DNA of 64,000 nucleotides from Octopus bimaculoides (GCF_001194135.2 NC_068995.1:29336753-29400752); one strand, 5' to 3'. Positions 48,911 to 62,332 are shown, counted from the first letter of the stretch. Made by a program: numbers and translations. Notes: generated by a model not told the origin, from the sequence alone.

Positions 48911-49759
48911 TCTCCTTCTCTCGCTCACTCTCTATCTTCTGTCATGATCAACTTTGCCTCTCTCTCTTTAGTCTATTTTTCTATTTTTGTTTCCTATAGA
49001 TTCCCCATCTATCTTAATGTTGTCTTTTATATATTGAATAAGTTCAAAGCATCTTTTCTTGCAAATACACCGGCTTGTTGGTGTCTAATGAAGTGAAATC
49101 ATTACATTTACTTTGTAGTATTAGTCAATGGTATCAGTAGAGAATTGTTAGCAGAAATGTTAGTGAATTCTTTCAGTTATTGGAAATTTTAGTTGTATAT
49201 CGGAAACAAAAATAGGGACTTATGGGAAATATTCATCGCCGACTCATCTAGTCTTGTATATACGTATGAGTGAGTCGATAACGTGCGGCGCAACCAACCG
49301 AGTGGTTGGCAGTTCATATCCTGCCTTGCTTCAAAAAGCCAGTTATCAGTTGCTGAGTCCACTTAACTATAAGTTGTTGCTATTTTACCCCAAGTCATCC
49401 ATATCATCAAAGGGCATTTCGGCTATGACTACTCCATGTTTAAAGAAGCATGTGATGGACTACATTATCCAATACAGCTTTCTTTAAACCTTCTAAACAT
49501 TTACGTTATCAATAACTGATTTACTGAAGTTATACCGTAGGATGGAATTTGTAAATACAACTTTCGTAATTCGTATATTATATTTACGAATTCCATGGAC
49601 ACTCCATTTTTAATAAGTTTAAAAACCAATTTTCGAAATATTCATTTCACAATTTTTGATGGCCTTGGTGACATTCACACATTAACCACCGTAGGTAAAC
49701 GGTTAAAATGACGACAAATTGCAGTTTTTGAAGCGTCGGATAGAAATCCTTGTGGTATT

Positions 49760-50063
49760 TTCTTCTTCTTTTCCTTTCTTTTCCTCCTCCTGCTCCCCTC
49801 CTCTTTCTTTTTTCCTCCTCCTTCTTTTCCTCTTCCTCTTCCTCCTTCTTTTCCCCTTCCTCTTCCTCTTCCTCCTCCTCTTCTTCCTCCTCCTCCCCTC
49901 CCCCTCCCCCTCCCCCTAATCCTCCTCCCTCTCCTCTTCTTCTTCTTCTTCTTCTTCTTCTTCTTCTTCTTCTTCTTCTTCTTCTTCTTCTTCTTCTTCT
50001 TCTTCTTCTTCTTCTTCTTCTTCTTCTTCTTCTTCTTCTTCTTCTTCTTCTTCTTCTCTTTCT
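49760..50063. repeat. Polypyrimidine tract: degenerate (TCC)n/C-run followed by about 40 perfect (TTC) units
   Basis: Directly visible; it explains the poly-K, poly-L and poly-S ORFs. Confidence 0.95.
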
Positions 50064-51544
50064 TCGTTGTAAGAATGGTCATGGAGAGACGCGCGTACAA
50101 CGTTTCTACCTCATGAAAAGGAAAAAGGATTGGACGAGAGATTAGCCACTTCTCATAGAAACACTAATGTGTCTCTGGAACCATTCAAGGACGATCTGCT
50201 GTACAATATACAGAACGGAACGGAAAAGTTAAAAGTGTTCAAAGAGTAGGCTATGATTTGAAGGTGATTTAGCTGTTTGTTTTAGCGCGACTATGTAGAA
50301 AAATATATATCTCAAGGTAGGAAATATCAGGAGACAGCGGTTGCTGCTTGGTCAAATTAAAGAATGATTCCTTAAATATCAGTCTGCGAAAAAAGTCAGA
50401 AATAACCTCAGATAATCCACAGATTAAATGGGTTTATTTTTGTAAAGAGACAGACTGTTTAAGCTGATTATGATCATAACTGATTTAAAAATGAAAGAAA
50501 AAAAAAGATAATGGTCAGTCTTGACGGAAAAAAAAACAATCAATCAGTATGCCTATCCGAATCACATATTTAACAACGTGAATTAATAAGTTGGCTAGTA
50601 TTTGGGAATATGCATGCTTTAGTACGTGGGTGTGCATTTCAGATTAGTATTATTGGCAGACACGTGGTTTGATTTATGTGTTTATTATTTCTTTTTAATA
50701 AGTTACCAAAAGAGGCAGATTAGTTCCCAAAATATTTGCTGATTCTTTCAGACTGGAGCGGTTAATTTTCAATTTGAACATCTGCAGATCGATACGTACA
50801 GAAAAAAACCCTTCTGAGAAGATGCGTTCCAGAATTCTCCAGGAGTTGGATGATCCGGCTGAAATATGTATTGCAAGATCTGAAAGCTAAGACAAAAGTG
50901 AAAAGGACGGCAAGAAGGTACATAGGTTAATTCTGTAATCATGGGTGCAGATAGTTTAAGAAGAACAAAGGCCAAAGGGTGCAGATATAATGGACTGAGA
51001 AAATTTGTAAACCTGTGGTTTTTAGCTTAGTATTCTATCTCAGGCAATATATTGCACGCTACGGGAGGGTTCTTATAAAGCTTCATCAGCACCTCCACTC
51101 ATTATTGCTCAAACGCTAAGCTTACTCCATCATGACACGTATTTCGTCGGTAGTTATTTTGTTATAACGAAAATAAAAGATGTCAGTAATGTAATGAAAA
51201 GAAAGTCTCTCAACGCTTTTCTCGAGATGTAGAAACGAAGCCAATAGAATGAGACGAGTCGGTTGTTGGTGAAGAGACTGCGTAGATGTGTGGCTTGCAT
51301 TGTAGCGCTTGATAGTGGAAGTGATATTGGTAAGAATTAACATTGCCCCCGCCATTACAACTGCAGTTGGAGTTTAATTAATGTAATTTTTAAGTAAATT
51401 TCCTGTTGCAAGTAGACTTTTTGTTTGGGTGAGTTTTGTGTTTGATGTGAATTTTTTCTAAACTTCTCAAACATACACAATAAACCCTAAATGCATGACT
51501 CCATAATTCTGTTGCCCTCTTTCTTTCTCTCCAACTTACTTAGA

Positions 51545-51598
<54 letters not shown>

Positions 51599-51626
51599 CT
51601 ATCTCACACACGCACACACACACACA

Positions 51627-51663
<37 letters not shown>

Positions 51664-52539
51664 ACACCCACACAGACACACACACACACCTCATAGGCAC
51701 TCATGCACATAATAGTGACAACTACCAAGAAGAGAGAAATATCTATTACATCTGCAAAGGAGATTAAGTTATTCACGAAGCCAAGAATGAAGAATATTCA
51801 TATATTAAATTCAAAAGGCGATAAATCACGGATCAGAGTTATATACTTATTTAAGTGTTTTAACGAGAGTATTCAAGTATTTAAGAGGATAACCGTTAAT
51901 GTGTTAGCTGATACACCTTTATTCGAAATTTGTTATAATTAATGTTTCTTGTTCCCTTTAAAGAAGCATTTTTGGTATTTGTGGCCTCTAAACAAATGTT
52001 CGCTGCCCCTAGAACATAAATTAATTCGAGGATGTATTTATATCGGGTGGATCTAGTGTATCACTGCTTTCCTTTGGGCACTTTGGTTTCTATACGTTTT
52101 GAGAAAGATTTTATTTCCATGAATCATTTATCTCCTAACACTCTGGTTTCCATTCATTTTTCAAATTATTTCAAATTTTATAGAATTTCAAGAACAAAAA
52201 GTAATACATTGTATCCAATTATAGTTTCAAAGGAAATAAGACTCTTCGCATTTACAGAAATCCGTGTTCTTTATAATATGTTTGAAATAGACATATGAAT
52301 GTTATTTACACATTAAATTACGAAATATATTGTTGATATTGAGTATCTATCAGTTGTACTGTACATTAGACATTGTATTGCTATAAATGTATTGGGAAAG
52401 AATTACATTCCTTATATCCAATAGTATTCTATTAAATCGTCTATGTCTCTATTAACAGCAATTCTGAGTCAATTAAAGCTACTTTTAAGCTTTGGACAGC
52501 ACCGAGTATTCTACTAGTATGCAAACAGACATGCATATA

Positions 52540-54040
52540 CATCGTCGTCATCGTTGGATAAGTCGAACTGAAAAGTTATCTGATTACTTCAGTTATATTC
52601 GTTTCATTTTCTTCTAGCATTGGCTCGCAAGTGGCTGTGGAGAACCAGATTCGATCGAAACATTCGATAGCATTCCCTTCGTGGGATTGTTGATTAACGG
52701 AGGTTTGTCTTCTCTTTCTTAATTGACGTATCTGGTAATCCAAGCCTTTCTGTCTAACCCAAAGAGTTAACAGCTAATATGGCAGTTTTCTCCATTGCTT
52801 TCTATTCATTGGGACAGTTTCGAACTTCTTTTGTGCAATGTAGCTGAGGGTGAAATTTCTCTTCATGATGTCTCTGAACCTCAGTTGCGATCTCCTATGG
52901 TAATATCAGTTTAGAATAAAAGATGCTCTTTGGAAGTTGTTTATTCTTCATCTTTTGAACAATGCCTATCCAGTATAGTTGATGGCTAATGAATATCGCA
53001 TCCATACTTGTCATTTCTGCTTGTATAGGACGCATTTTGTTCCAATTTGATATCGGGAAGTGACTAAAATTTTAATTAATAGAACAATTCAAATTATTTT
53101 ATGTGAAAGCGATAAGGAGTCCCTGCCCCACACATAAAGGAATATGGTAGCACATTCCACTCGGTAAACGGACAGCTTGCTGTTAATTTTGAATCGGTAG
53201 TTCTTGAAGACCCTTTGATTAAGTTGTTCTGTATGCTGCATGAGCAACATGTAACCCGTTGTTGATCTCATAGTTTATAGTTGCATTTGAAAATATGTTG
53301 AAATTAAGATATAGAAAGTAGGAGGCTTAATTTATTAGGTTGCTTTTGATGGTTATTTCGATCTTTTGTTGGGATGGTCTTCGAGTTGGTGCCTTGTTGA
53401 TGGTAACTGTTAGGCAATAATATTCATATTCTGAAACCCATGAGTCACATAATTGTCAGAAGTGGACTTGGTCATGATTGAATATAGCCTTTTCATCTGC
53501 ATACTACATTTCAATAAAAGTTTTGTGCTCCGAAAAAACGCCGGTTTCGATTAAGGACACTTTCATTGTACCTGGTTCTGTGTGTAAAAATGTCTCTCTT
53601 TCATTTACAGTAGCCAAATAAACCTCACAGAGAAATAGAGAGAAGTGGGTCAGTACAAAGACATTTCCTTACTTCACATGAGTTCTGACCTCAAAAAAGG
53701 TGATACCTGTTCGATAACACACAATGTTATCATGAAGAAAATAGATGATAACACGGAATTTCAGTGGAAATCCAAACTACTGAAGTATTTTCAAGATTTT
53801 CACTGCATATAATGTTAAAAGTTTTGGTGTAATCAAAAGATGTAGGGGCTTGTCGAGCTCCTTGGCTTTCCTTTGCAGTTGACAGATGGCAAAAATTATG
53901 TCCACTGTATGGTAACCACCAGGTGAAATCAGTTCTGTGACGTAGGAGAGTGCAGTTTCCGCTACTGGTAGGAGTCGTTCCAACATGTTTCTTGTAGAGA
54001 CAATCCATAAAGTTTCCACTGTATGGATTGTCACTTTCTC
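52540..54040 (-). mobile_element. RTE-clade LINE, 3' half, heavily decayed
   Basis: ERLLPVAET...TVDIIFAICQLQRKAKELDKPLHL, PTSLYFS, EM*YADEKAIF, INSKLSVYR, HQLYWIGIVQKMKNKQLPKSIFYSKL, LRFRDIMKR. Confidence 0.8.
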
Positions 54041-54049
54041 TCTAGTTTA

Positions 54050-54500
54050 AAGTGATGACCTCAACACTTGTCCTGGCTTAAGAAACGTTCAAGAAAATCA
54101 GCTGGATCGGTCTCAAGCAATGTCAGATTTTGCTGTGATGTGATCATCCTGGTGAGCTTTTGATCAGGTGTCAGAAGATGTGGTACCCACTGAATGGAAA
54201 GTTTCGTCATGCTAATTCATTGTACAGAATATTCTCAACTGTCTCACAGGATAAGCTAATAAATAACATTGGTCATTTGATTTATAGTCAATCGCCTGTC
54301 ATCCATCACTATCTGTTCAACATAATGTTTTCCTTGGTGATGGTAGTTGCAGGATATCCAGGCATATCTTGAATCTCCTTTCTCCTCCTGTATTCAGTTT
54401 CCCACTTTTGCACTGTTGATAAAGCTGAAGCATCATCCTTTAATGTAGCGACCACGTTGGCATGAATGTCCTTGGGGGGCTAAATTCTTTTTCTGCGGGC
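54050..54500 (-). mobile_element. Mariner transposase N-terminal fragment (irritans-like)
   Basis: PKDIHANVVATLKDDASALSTVQKW...VMDDRRLTINQ...VPHLLTPDQKLTRMITS...TDPADFLERF. Confidence 0.8.
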
Positions 54501-54869
54501 ATTTGATAAGACCATGATGCTAAATTTTGTCGATTTTCAAGAAAAGTCGCTACTGCTAACATTTTAAGTCTTCTCTGAACAGTCAAATGTCAGTTTAGTT
54601 GGAATGAAACAATGCAGCCATTAATAAGAAAGTTGAAATTAATGCGAGCAAGATTTCATAGCTCTGGCTTCACTCCTTCATAGACCAGCCTATGCGAATT
54701 ATGCATGCTGCTCGGGACGTCGAAGAAGTGTAATTCTGATCTTTGTTGGTGGATTGGTGTTGTTCGAGTTTGCATATCAATAATCAATTCTTTTTTTACT
54801 ACCACTAGGAAAATATTCATCATACCACAAACTACTGTTTTAAGAGAAGGCGCATCGGATAATACAAAA

Positions 54870-55253
54870 ACGACCGTATATACGGATATTCTGTCTATGT
54901 TGATGACTTAAAACTTTATGCAAAGAATATGCATGAGATGAAAATGAGCCTTGACCTAGTTACAACATTCTCAAAGGATGTAGGATTGGAGTTTGGTCAG
55001 GATAAATGTTGTTATAAGGTTGTGAAAAGGGGGAAACTATAAACCAGACTAGTAACATCTCCATCAATGATTTGACCGTGTCCCTTGTATCTGACGAGAC
55101 TTGTTACAGGTGTCTGGGGGTGGATGAAAATATATCCTACAATGACACCTGTAACAAAACACGTGTCACTAAAGAATATTACAGCCTAATGAAGAAAATT
55201 TGGACCTCAGAACTCTCTACTAAAGAATATTACAGCCGAATAAAGAAAATTTC
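54870..55253 (+). mobile_element. R4/Dong-like RT fragment containing the catalytic motif
   Basis: YVDDLKLYAKN (YVDD at 54896-54907)...FSKDVGLEFGQDKC...YRCLGVDENISYND...KEYYSLMKKIWTSELS. Confidence 0.85.
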
Positions 55254-55530
55254 CACAACTATGCACAGTTTCTTTTCTCTGTCCCAACTCATTATATCAG
55301 GTCTGTGCTTACATTTTATTGAGGTTTTCACTGGGACATTCCACCAGTACTACTTTTTATTATGAATGGGTATGACTTCTACCATACTGCGGGTTCTTAT
55401 TTCTTTGTCCTCAAGGTTACCCTTCCTCCGGATTTCATTATAGAGTGTCCTACAACTGTTTATGATAAGGGTGATATCTTCGGTGTTAACTCCACAAAGT
55501 CTCCATCGGTTGTCACATTTTACTGCTTTA
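55254..55530 (-). mobile_element. R4/Dong-like RLE fragment (second copy)
   Basis: rc: YWWNVPVKTSIKCKHRPDIMSWDREKKLCIVVE, paralogous to 55697-56227. Confidence 0.8.
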
Positions 55531-55696
55531 TGCATGTATGTATGTGTGTATGTATGTATGAATGCATGTATGTATGTATGTATGTATGTATGTATCTTCA
55601 ATTTTTTAATTATTATAAATCCTCCACTGAGAAGGGAGCCGTTCTCTAATAAAGATACAAGGCTCCATCTTTGGGATGTAGTTAACACAAACAAAT

Positions 55697-56530
55697 TCAC
55701 ATTTGGAACTTGAGATAAGTTTTGCATATTTTTACTGTTCCACTCACAGATTGGACTTGTAATGTACGAATTAGCCGGTCAGTTTCTCTTTCTGAGAATC
55801 CCAGTTTATCCAGATTCTCCTTTAAGCATTTACTAACAAAACTTAGTGGTCCAATTATTATTGGTATGAATACGAATTCATAGTCTGGGTATAGAAGCTG
55901 GAGCTTTCGAAGCAGTTGTCCATATATATCCTCTTTCTCACTAATTTTCATTGAGATATTTATATCTGCAGGGCAGCTGACCTCTATGATGGTACATATC
56001 TTTGCTCCTCTGTCCCAAACAACAATATCCGGCCGGTTATGCTTACAGTTGACAGAAGTTTTGATGGGAACATTCCACCAGTATTCCTTGAGTTGGTGTT
56101 TATGAATGTATTCCATAACAGAGAGATTTTCTAAGTTTATTTCAGGACAATCTTTCTTGTGGATAGCATTGTAAATTGTTTTACCAACAACACCGTGCCG
56201 CGTAAGGAGGTGGTACTGTGACGACATTTAGGACAATTGCTAATCGCATGCATCATGTCTTCCACAGAAACATGACATAGCCCACACATGCGGTTGCACC
56301 TTGGGATTACAAGAGTGTCACTCTCTCTTGTTCACCAAGTATTTTGTGACAATTTCTTGTTCCTGGATTGCAAACGCATAGCCTTCAAAGTGTGATGTGA
56401 TGCAGTGATCTGGTGTCGAAGAGAGGCTGTGCTTTGTATCAATTCTACTGTCTTCTTCAAGCTTCCGGGCAACATACCCATGTATGGTCTTTTTTTTTTT
56501 TTGCATGCTCAGTGCTTTCCATCCAGGTTG
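55697..56530 (-). mobile_element. R4/Dong-like element 3' region: CCHC knuckle + RLE (PD-D/ExK) endonuclease
   Basis: FEGYAFAIQEQEI, CGLCHVSVEDMMHAISNC, RHGVVGK, HNRPDIVVWD...IIEVSCPADIN...KISEKEDIY; 176-aa ORF 55697-56227 is open. Confidence 0.9.
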
Positions 56531-56579
56531 TATCTGTATGCATGTATGTGTGTATGTGTGTGTATAGTAAGACAGACAT

Positions 56580-56581
56580 AT

Positions 56582-56652
<71 letters not shown>
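56580..56652. repeat. (GATA)n microsatellite
   Basis: Directly visible. Confidence 0.95.
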
Positions 56653-56999
56653 TACACGAATATATATACATACGCATATATATATATGTATGTGTGTGTG
56701 TGTGTGTGTATACACGTACACACATACACGTATGAATATTTATATAAACGTATGTGTATGTATGTGTGTGTATGTGTGGGTAGGTATTTATGTGTGTGTG
56801 TGTCTGTGTGTGCGTGCGTATGTGTGTATGTGTATACATGCATACATACACATCTATTTAGTATGTATTTCATGTACAGATACATGGTCATCCCTGACTG
56901 ATGAAAGTGTTCATGTGTGTGTGTGCATGTTTATGTATGTATGTATGTATGTATGTATGTATGTATGTATGTATGTATGTACGCATGTATGTATAATTA

Positions 57000-57177
57000 C
57001 GTGTGGGTGCTGAAAAGTTCCTGATTCTGGGTAAAAGAAAATACAGAAAGATTGGTTATGATTTTATTCAATATATACCTGTTTTTTTAAAGTCCTATAA
57101 GAGAACTCAGAAGGTTGAGACTCCAACCAGGCATTTCGTGAGACGCTTAAAGCCTGGAACTTTTCAGCACCCACCCG
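57000..57177. mobile_element. 178-bp mariner-type MITE, TA-flanked
   Basis: TA|cgtgtgggtgctgaaaagttcc ... ggaacttttcagcacccacccg|TA; perfect 19-bp TIR core. Confidence 0.8.
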
Positions 57178-57201
57178 TATGTATGTTTATAAATAAATAT
57201 A

Positions 57202-57697
57202 GCAATATATATTGTATATAAAGGATGCGGCGTAGCACCGATAACCAGCTGGCGGAAGATCTGTCTGGGGTTAACATGGAACAGCTACTTTCATGTAGCG
57301 ATTGACTTTACTTGTTAGTGCAATTACTACTCTCATCTCTTTTCGCTTGTTGCAAATTGGTGACCGATGGTTACTCTGTTGACATTATATCGCTGGCTGG
57401 AGCAGACCCTGGCTATCGCTCTGCTAACCAAGTGTTCGTGACTGAAGATGAGCCAAACAGCTCGAAACTGAGTCAGTCTCGCCGTCATGTTGTCTGCTAG
57501 AGGATGGTAGGGGTTCGGTCTCCCTGCTGGCAATATATATTGTGTATAAAGGTTACAGCTTTGCACGGATAACCAGCTGGCGGAAGATCTACCTGGGGTT
57601 GAACTAGTAGTAACATGGATCAGCCACTTTGATATGGCGCTTGACTCTACTTGTTGGTATAGTTACTACTTTGATCTCTTCTTGAGATTTTACAACT
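57202..57697 (+). mobile_element. Family R copy D, ~1.5 tandem units
   Basis: ataaccagctggcggaagatct at 57241 and 57569 (spacing 328 bp; the first unit has deletions); hammerhead at 57438-57482. Confidence 0.9.
57438..57482 (+). ncRNA. Type I hammerhead ribozyme, intact (family R copy D)
   Basis: GTGA-CTGAAGA-T-GAGC-CAAACA-GCTC-GAAAC-TGAGTCA-GTC-TCGC: all core residues present, perfect stem II, near-palindromic stem III, GUC; predicted cleavage after 57478. Confidence 0.8.
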
Positions 57698-59109
57698 ATG
57701 TTGTATTTATAAACAGATTAGGCACTTGTTCGTCTGGAATAAGTGAAGTGATATAGATACCTCTGAAGGGAACTCATTAAGGTTCGAAAATCGATTAAGC
57801 CTGAACATTATTTTATTTCTAACAACGAAGATATAGTTAATTTTTTCCTGTTTGTATGTCTACTACGTAAGTCGNNNNNNNNNNATATATATATATACAT
57901 ATATATATATATACACATGCACATATGTGTATTAAAAAAGAAACTATCTAAAAATATAGGCGTAAACCGGCTTTGTGTGTAGTTTAAGGAAAACTGCTAA
58001 AATTAACCGAGAAATTAAGAAAATGAGACTATTAATTAGTTTTTCAAGTTATCTGCCATATAAGTGCAACTCGATAAATATTATTTGTTTTATGAATTAT
58101 TAACTGATGTTCACATTAAATGATTAAAAACACATGGAAAAGCTTTAAACAATCTTATAAAGGAGTGTGGTGTGCAAACAATTACTTTACTATGTCGCTT
58201 GGATGAATTTATTTGGCGCCAATTATACGAAAATTATACTAGGAAAAACCTATGCAGCCATATTTCCAATTGTTATCCCCTGAACCGAATACATAAACAT
58301 TTATTAAACTATACGTTGAACTGAATAAATAAACAACATATGTGTATATAAGCAAAGTTTTCTGTTGTTCTTTCTTCGTTAAATTCTAGCAGTTACACTT
58401 TCCAGAAGTTCTCTGTTGATTTTATCGATTTTCATTACACCTTCATTTTTCTCAGGTACTCAATATTACAAGACCACAGATCGAAGTCTTATGAAATCTC
58501 ATGATATTTGTATTTAGTATGAATACTCACAGAAATATTTTGTCTCAGGTGTATCATTAGACACAAAAATGACGCGCGAATGTATACAGAGGGCAGAGAA
58601 ATGTACATGTACAAATGTATATGCACACACACATATACACGTGTACAACATTCATAAATACATTCATGCAAGAATATATTTACTTATCAATAAAGGGAGT
58701 ACATCAATGTACATACAATGAAATTAACATATTTCAAGTCAGTGAAGAACTAAAAGGGTATAGTCTGAGTGTACAGCTGTTTCGGGTGATCCGAGGATAA
58801 CTGGACTAAAGTACTTAAATATAAATTTATGCATTAATACACATCCTACAATTTAGAGGATGCCAACATTGACTGGAAGAGCAGACTCTCCTAATCATTT
58901 GATGGATATTATGTCACATCCCACATAGGAGGATAAGCATTTGCTATTCGAGAATAATTAATGCTTACTGAATAATTAATCAATAAAAGAGATACTCCAA
59001 TAAAAGAGATAATCAATAAAAGAGACTACTCCAAATTTCCATTTGTGATAGAATTACCAAAACCAGCTACAATCATGCTAAACATACATCAGAATCAGAA
59101 TGTAAAGAC

Positions 59110-59320
59110 AGATTTTAAAATAGGGAATCATGATGGAACATCCTAATACAAGCAGCAACCAGTTGCAAACACAACAGACCTAATATAGTTCTGTGGGATA
59201 TCGACCAATTCTTGTACTATTATAGGGCCTAGCTACTAGGTTGATGTGAATGTCCCGTCTAAAGCTGTAGTAAAAGAGAACATCTATGGTGAACCAATTA
59301 TAGCTCTTTTTTTATGGCTA
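59110..59320 (+). mobile_element. R4/Dong-like RLE fragment (third copy), decayed
   Basis: WWNILIQAATSCKHNRPNIVLWD...KENIYGE across frameshifts. Confidence 0.7.
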
Positions 59321-59574
59321 CCCAATTCTAATCTGTACCTAATATCGTAGATACAACGGCCAATATATAACAACAGATTTGCATTCGTCTCAAAATGTTG
59401 AGGTTTCCCAAGAAAGTACAAAGCAAACTGACTCACATCTTCCAGATCACAGAATGAATATATACACACAATCACTTGTACATATAAGACACACATACTC
59501 ATACACACACATACACACACATTCACACACACCTATACAAATTATATATATGCATATATGTGTGTATATGTGTA

Positions 59575-59642
<68 letters not shown>

Positions 59643-59720
59643 TATACACACACATACACACACACATACACACACACACATACACACACATACACACACA
59701 TACATATATACATATATTTG

Positions 59721-60009
59721 CAGTAGAATCTTGCAGTACGAGTGCCCCATTATACATGTAATTTGGTGTACGAGCCGAGACTCGTGCGAATTGTTGTCTT
59801 GATGTACGAGCGGAAATCCGCAGTACGAACACACAAATCGTCCCATCTTTAAGGTAATTCAGTTAATAAAACCATATTTCTTTTGCATTCTCTTCTATAT
59901 AATTATATTTTAGTTAATTTCAATGAGAAAAGTTGATTCGTAAAACGGGTAAATCGGAAGACGAGCTCAGATATGGAACGAATTAAACTCGTACTGCGAG
60001 GTATCACTG
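59721..60009. mobile_element. Tigger/pogo-like MITE
   Basis: TIR cagtagaatcttgcagtacgagt / actcgtactgcgaggtatcactg; TA flanks not preserved. Confidence 0.65.
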
Positions 60010-60077
60010 CACACACACACACACATATATAAATATATTATATATATATGCGTATACATGTATGCATATATGTATGT

Positions 60078-60136
<59 letters not shown>

Positions 60137-60194
60137 CATGCATGCATATATATATATACATATATATACACATATGCATATACACACATATAGG

Positions 60195-60460
60195 TTGGGT
60201 TATCCGGTTCACGGTCGAAAGGCTGTGAGTTCGTTTCCGGTGTTGCGCTGTGTCGTTGAGCAAGACACTTTATTTTACGTTGCTCCAGTCCAGTCAGCTA
60301 GCAAAAATGAGTAGTACCTGTCACACGGAACCTTTCTGGGTGGGTACATGTTATGGGTATGCGTGTCAGTGGAATGCTCAGCCAATTGCACGTTAATTTC
60401 ACGAGCTCCCTGTACCGTTGATCCGATCACACGTCGTCGTTACCGACGGTGTGCCACTTA
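60195..60460 (+). mobile_element. SINE family C
   Basis: gtgagttcgtttccgg...gagcaagacactttattttacgttgctccagtccagtcagctagcaaaaatgagtagtacctgt. Confidence 0.85.
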
Positions 60461-61059
60461 CAACAAAACAATCATGAACTAAAAAGCCAAGAAGATAAGA
60501 ACCCATTAACGAGTTCCTCCCTCAAGAATAAACAACTTAGGACAACGGGAACAAAAGATATAGAAGATCCACAGATAACCTGTACATCAAACATATAATT
60601 CCATCATCCGGTAATTCATAGAGAAAAAGCAAGAGACAAACATTAGCGTAATATTCCCATTACATTTATGTCTGCTTCAATCATCAAATCTCAAGTATTA
60701 ACCATTTCATACTAATTACTACGAAGCACAAAAATGTTAAAATATTACGTATTGAACAGAAATATCTTCAAAAAGGACATTGCTTCTCTAGAATTAGAGA
60801 ATTTAAAAACGCACTAGCAAACCAAACGTGTGTGCGTTTGGTAGAATTTGGTAGAATTTTACTTATTTAACGCAGTAATAAAAAATTGCATCAAATACAA
60901 AGAACCATCATCAGGTAAAATTTTAAGCATCGACCTGAACATAGTCAACCTTGAGTTCTATGCTACCGTACCTACCCGTTTCTGGTACCCTATGAGTTGA
61001 TGTGCCTTGGTTCTTATGAATGCATTTGCTGTATTGGTAAACGGTCAACGGCGTTGGGG

Positions 61060-62298
61060 AGCAATGAGATTAAAGTTCTGATTAAGAAAAAGTTAGCTGA
61101 CACGGGTGACTGGGACCTGTCTGAATATTGGAAATGCATTACTTGTATCATGAGGATTCACATTGGATATCGAAATGCTGGCTTCATGATTGCTGCTCAA
61201 TGTTCTGTGAACACTGCGAAGGCTGTAAGACGTGACAATGAAAGCTGTAACGGAGACTACGAAGCTGTGACCAGCAGGAAAGGACACAGCAGGCATTCCG
61301 ACTGCATTCGTACGCTAGAATTCACCCAACAACTGCAGGACAGATTGATGGAAGATCCGAGTAAGGAAATCTGGGCTTTGACGAAAGAAATGGGTCCTGA
61401 ATGTGTACCTTTGCAACAACACGTACAAGAGGCGCAAGTGACAAATTCTGACAGCCAACAAATTCTGACAGCCAACAAATTCTGACAGCCAACAAATTCT
61501 GACAGCCAACGTCAAGGAAAACCGCACGATGAAGACAAAGAAACTCTTGAACAAGCTGAGTCATCATATTGAACCAGAAATTATCTGGTCCCTCTCAGAT
61601 AAAAAAGAACTTCTGCCAGGACCAGTTGTACAGCACCCAGAACAACTGGTGACTTTTTCTACAATCCATGTGATGTCCCACATATCATGAAAATCAAGTT
61701 ACCCCAAACTGTAATGGTCTTTAGGTGGGTCTCCAGTGAGGGTGAAGTTGTGCCGCTCCACATCATTGAACAAGGCCTTTGGCTCAATTCAGATGGCTAT
61801 ATGAAGCTACTGGAGACTGTGGTCAAATCTTGGTTCGAAGAAGTTGCTGGTGGAAGGTCAATGTGTGCAGCAGGATTCGGCTCTATACCATACTTCCGGA
61901 AAGAGTCAGAAGTGGTTGTCGGGGAATTTCTACGACTTCACTAACTCCAATTTGTGACCTCTTAATTCGCCCAATTGTAATCCCATGGTTTACTATATAT
62001 GGGGTGCGGTTGAGAAATACACCAACTACTCTATCTGCAATATCAAGGTCGAGCTGCTGCCCAGGATAAAGAGGGTATTCGAAGATCTTCGTAGGAGCAC
62101 AGTGAGGAACGCATACGCCAGGTTCCGGAACTGTCTAGAGGCCGTGGTAGCAGATTGAGGGTAACTATTTTGTGTGAACTATCTCTTAGCTGTAATCCAG
62201 TTGATGTTTTTTGATGTTTTAGAATACTTTTATTTTTGTATAGGATATTGTTTTCTTTTCCTTTCATACAAACTGTCAAATTTATCCCGAACATCCTG
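61060..62298 (+). mobile_element. Tc1/mariner-superfamily (maT/DD37D-like) transposase pseudogene with right end
   Basis: LLNKLSHHIEPEIIWSLSDKKNFCQDQ, KLPQTVMVFRWVSSEGEVVPLHIIEQGLWLNSDGYMKLLETVVKSW, NACARFRNCLEAVVA-like C-terminus; ends ccgaacatcctg|TA. Confidence 0.8.
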
Positions 62299-62300
62299 TA

Positions 62301-62332
<32 letters not shown>

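Noticed and set aside
49542-49596. 16-bp inverted repeat hairpin as a pre-miRNA
   Set aside because: Short AT-rich stem with no expression or conservation evidence available.
49675-50145. Poly-K, poly-L and poly-S ORFs and the many HT/CV/YI-repeat ORFs elsewhere
   Set aside because: Translations of microsatellites.
58772-58783. Minus-strand GAAACAGCTGTA (perfect hammerhead 3' half)
   Set aside because: No CUGANGA or stem II partner upstream on that strand.
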